A stretch of DNA of 64,000 bases. Source: Octopus sinensis. Taxonomy: Eukaryota. Of the stretch, positions 59,958 through 64,000 are shown in pieces; within the stretch, counting starts at the first letter, position 1, and every line of letters begins with the position of its first letter. Below the pieces are notes generated by a model. It made no database searches. It worked only from the letters and a program-made list of their open reading frames with translations, and was not told the DNA's origin. The position numbers were made by a program, and so were the translations under genes. Location of the stretch: positions 48,050,001 through 48,114,000 of the forward strand of contig NC_043004.1 of NCBI RefSeq assembly GCF_006345805.1, given 5' to 3'.

Positions 59958-62229
59958 TAATAATAAAAGCTGCAATACCTCGAGTACCAACCACAGAAAT
60001 AGAGTTTCTGAGGCAAACCAGCAAACCAACAGGATACTACTGCCTTTGATATTTCCCAGGAATCTAGAATATTTATGATGTCATTTATTAATCAATACAT
60101 TATAGGTACAAATAATTTCGATAATAGTGAAAAAACGCCGAGAGCTAGTTGGAGGGCACAACCCTAAACCCTACCGTGCCTTCTAATTGTACAACATCCA
60201 TTCTGCATACGGGAAGCTCCTCCTTCGTACCAGGTAGATCTAGTTGCAACTTCAAATTTAGGAACGAATGCCCTTTGCAAACTGATAGCAGACGGTTTTA
60301 CGTTGTCTACAAATGCATGTGTTATATAATGAACTTTTAGAAATGTCTTGTACATTTTTATTGTTCCGCCTACCTATTGTATTTGTAAATAGCTATGAGT
60401 TTGACACTTTGCTTTGCCACGAAATCCCTAGTTTTTGAGATGATCGCTTAAAAATTTACTAATATAGCCAAATGCATCTATAATTATTGGCATAAACAGT
60501 ACTTATATTCAAAGGACAGATGGCTTCTACGACTACATATAATTTTACTTTTCTGTCTTAAACCATTATATCAGTCCTCTTATGCTTGCATTTGGTGAAA
60601 GTTTTCATGGGACCGTGCCACCAATATTCCTTGTGTTGATATGTATATATTTATTCAATATCAGAAACATTGCATTTGTTTCAGGGAATTTTCTCCTCCA
60701 GGCGACATTACAACAGCATATCATACTTGGAGGTAGTAACTTGACGACATTTCGAGGTAGCTACTAATAACATGTGCAGCATCTTCTACAGTCCTTGAAA
60801 TTCGAATGCATAATCGATGAAATGGGATAAGGTGTAACGGTCGAATACTATGTGTTAGTATGTATGTATATATTTATTACGGGATAAACCTCTGGAAAGT
60901 TTTACACAATTTTTCCAGTTCCATAAATAGTTAGAATTATAGTTTCTTAACCAACCGTGTCCGTTCCGATTTTGTAAGATCAAAGTTTTAGAAAAAGGGG
61001 CTGAAATAGTCAGATATATACCAAGTGCTCCTATAATCTCTGCTATAAACATAAAGTTATATTTCGGGTGTAGAATCAACAGATTTAGCATTAATTGGGG
61101 ATGGATGTATTTTTTATCTTTAATATTATGTAAAAGTCTGTTGAACAACTAATTCCAGTTACTAAGTACAGTGGCTTTTGTTTTCTCTTTCCCATATCAT
61201 TCCCAGGAAAATTGGAAGCATAGGTTTTACAGATGGTTAGAATGAAACATTCACCGCTACTCTTTCCTAGTATTTGTCCTTTGTTTCACTTTAAATTATA
61301 TTTTATCTTCTTGACTCTTTTCTAGTGTCATTACATCATACCTTTATGCCTCATATGTAGACCATATCGTGATGGCATTTTTAGAAAACAGCCTATGATG
61401 TACATCGCATATTCAAAGTTACACTAGATACCACATATAAATGCTCTGACGTCCCTAAACATTTATAGTACGAAGATAATGTTATTTCTTTTTTTTTCTC
61501 GATTGCAAAAGTATGCTAATCAAAGTTAGAGCTAATATACTAGTTGTTGGTCAAAGGTAGATTACTTTACTTATGCTGCTGTCAACGTAACGTTTTCTAA
61601 AATCATAGGAATGCCTGGATTTCTATTGATAGGAATTAAAGCCTTTCACCTGATGTGTTGCGGCAAAGTGATCCATACACTCACTTCGATCTCCTTATAT
61701 TCCTCGTAAGTAAGTAGAAGCGGTCAATATCTCTGTGCTCATTTCTGGCAGTGATTAGTTGTTTCGGCTTTATTCATTAATGTTCTGAATCTTATCTAAC
61801 ATCCAATTACGTCAGTCATATGTTGGTTTCATCACTACTACAGGAATGAAACTATACACAGAGAGCTTTGAGGTCCGTATATATTGTTCGTATGGAAGTA
61901 GCGTTCTTTGGCTAAGCTTTCCTTGTTACAAGAGACATTCTTTGTTGGTTACCAGCGAAGTAATCATACTTTTTAGATCAGCTATTTTGCACATTTTACA
62001 AAATCAAGTAGGAATGTTTATAATGGTGAAAAGCGGTCCCCATATTCTTTAAAAATATCGTAACCAGTCCAAACATTTTTATCAAATTATTAACACATTT
62101 ACAAAACCTTTCAGATTGATCATAAACAAGCTATGTATCAGCGATGTTTCTCTTTTCCTTTGAATCGATTGTGTAACAGTCGGATTTCCCAAACTGAAAG
62201 TATATAACATCTTCTATGCTCCCATGGAT

Positions 62230-62870
62230 TTCCAAGGCTAAATCCGTTGCATAATTCACTCTATTTTCGGTGAAATCCGATAAAATCTAAACCCAAATTA
62301 TCTCACTAACACACAAGCCATACGTCTTATTCATCCCCGACTTACAAATCTCTCAACCCTTACCTACAGCCCATATTTATTGCTCATGCTACGGCTCTCT
62401 TTATTCAAACACCACTGTGAATAGTAATGGCATAGATATATAGATTCCACTCAAGTCACCCTCCCCAATCTTTCAAATATATCTGCTTTCCCTGCTTCCC
62501 ACCTTCACCCAACAACTCTGCCACCATAACCATTCCTACATCAAAGACATTACTTCCCTTTTCCTCTTTCCCCGGCAATTATCCTAGGTGTTTTCAACAT
62601 TCACAACCGTTTTTAGCCCCTGGCCCTCACATTCCTCTTAACTGATGATGTCAATGAATAATTCAAAAGTTGTAAGCAACAGATTTCTAAATCAACTAGT
62701 TTCATTCTCCATCTGCATTTGTAACCGACACACAGGCACTCCAAAAACCATTAGGTCTTTATCTCACCTCTAAACCCAATATCTCTATCGCACCATTACG
62801 ACCACTGCACCAGTCGAGTCGTCCGTCTACTACCATATAGTGACTATCCACCACACATACACTTGCCTGC
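62230..62870 (+). mobile_element. Possible very degenerate Penelope-like RT remnant
   Basis: Pyrimidine-rich like 10640-12030; HSYIKDITSLF resembles LPSYIKDTxHF. Confidence 0.4.
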
Positions 62871-64000
62871 CTGAATTAATCGGAATGTATTTATCTAGTT
62901 CGTCTGGGTATTTTGTTGTTTGCTGAATAATTACTAAAACGCAGAGTATTGTTTATTTTCTTACTAAGTAAACTAAAGTTTTAACAAGTCTTTGTTTACT
63001 CTAGCGGTTTCGTATGACATCTACAATGATCTCATTTTATTTTGATGTTTTTATATTTATAATTATTAATTGTATAAAATAAAATAAGCACCAATCAAGT
63101 GGTGAGGTCGAGATAATCTTTATGCTCCTTCTAAAGTGTCTTTGAGTATATTTTTTTTTTAGTATTCCCGCTTAATTTTCGAGAGCAGTATCGGCAGAAA
63201 CGAAAGAATGCTGGGATAAAAATAAACACATTAGATGATGTGGTCCTGAATACATTATATGAACGAGTGTTGCATTGATGGCTCTGATTATGGGTCTATT
63301 CCGTCAATGCTAACTGGGACTAAACAACGACATAATCATAAACATCAACAACTGGAATATTGATTTCTTATAAAAGTACAAGATCAAAATTTTACAAGTT
63401 AAGGAATTAAGCTTCTGCTGCACCTACACCGTTTTGTATTGCATCAGAAATACAAAGGAAATGATTCTAATCAAAATTGGAAGCTGTTTAAAATGGCGTT
63501 TGCAATACTGTTCATGACACCCAATAAAATACTGCACACACATCTGAAACATCGCTCTGTGGGCTTCCCTCTCAAATATGCGCAAGCAACACTTGATTAT
63601 TCCGCAACCTATGTAAAGATTCCACTCAGGACAACTTTATCCAAGGTATTCCTCTTTTTTCTTCATCTTTTCAAAGATTCTAGGGTATTATTTGAAGGGA
63701 AATTCGGCTGCTATTTCAAGCAGAATTACCACTTAGATGATCCCACGTTTTCGACAACGTCGAGCGAAAAGTTCAAACTTATCATCAACTGTATCCACCT
63801 CACGAGTGTGAGAAGGCCTAGAGGTATCATGAGTGATTTCCCTTCACCGATTCTACTAAATAATAACGGAGAGAAAGACCATAGAGTTAATGCTCTTCAC
63901 ATGAAAATAAAACAATATAGACAAATTACAATCCATCGAAAGTTAGCTGAATAAGTCTTTCACCCTAATCACTTATCCAACTGACATCCTTTCGTACTTG

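Noticed and set aside
63439-63954. 171-aa ORF
   Set aside because: No recognisable domain, alternative start codon, no splice context, and it overlaps a repeat-like motif (ggctgctatttc); probably a chance ORF.

Overview
AT-rich, repeat-dense animal genomic DNA with GT-AG introns. The tRNA-derived SINE families look like those of Octopus, so this is most likely an octopod cephalopod; that assignment is pattern recognition, not a database search. The only intact protein-coding genes I can support are two paralogous ANL-superfamily (acyl-CoA synthetase/luciferase-like) adenylating enzymes. They lie tail-to-tail: gene A (+, exons 12359-12504 and 15336-16821, 543 aa) and gene B (-, exons 32131-31986 and 31434-29919, 553 aa). 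Both have a 146-nt first coding exon and a phase-2 intron at the same site, and they align without gaps at about 48% identity (hand count). They share unusual substitutions in otherwise near-invariant catalytic motifs (A4 His to Tyr, A7 TGD to xSD, A8 Gly to Thr, A10 SGK to SQK), which suggests chemistry other than ordinary CoA ligation. The rest is decayed and nested mobile DNA: Gypsy, Penelope-like, R4/Dong, RTE, Tx1/L1, Helitron, Tc1/mariner, hAT, MITEs and many SINEs, plus microsatellites. Notable non-coding structure includes several Penelope-type inverted repeats carrying minimal hammerhead ribozyme motifs and a perfect 62-bp hairpin. There is also a nested hAT insertion whose empty site survives in a local duplication, and a MITE family carrying TTAGGG repeats. 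No rRNA, true tRNA or CRISPR array is present. TE boundaries are approximate unless a TSD or TIR is quoted.
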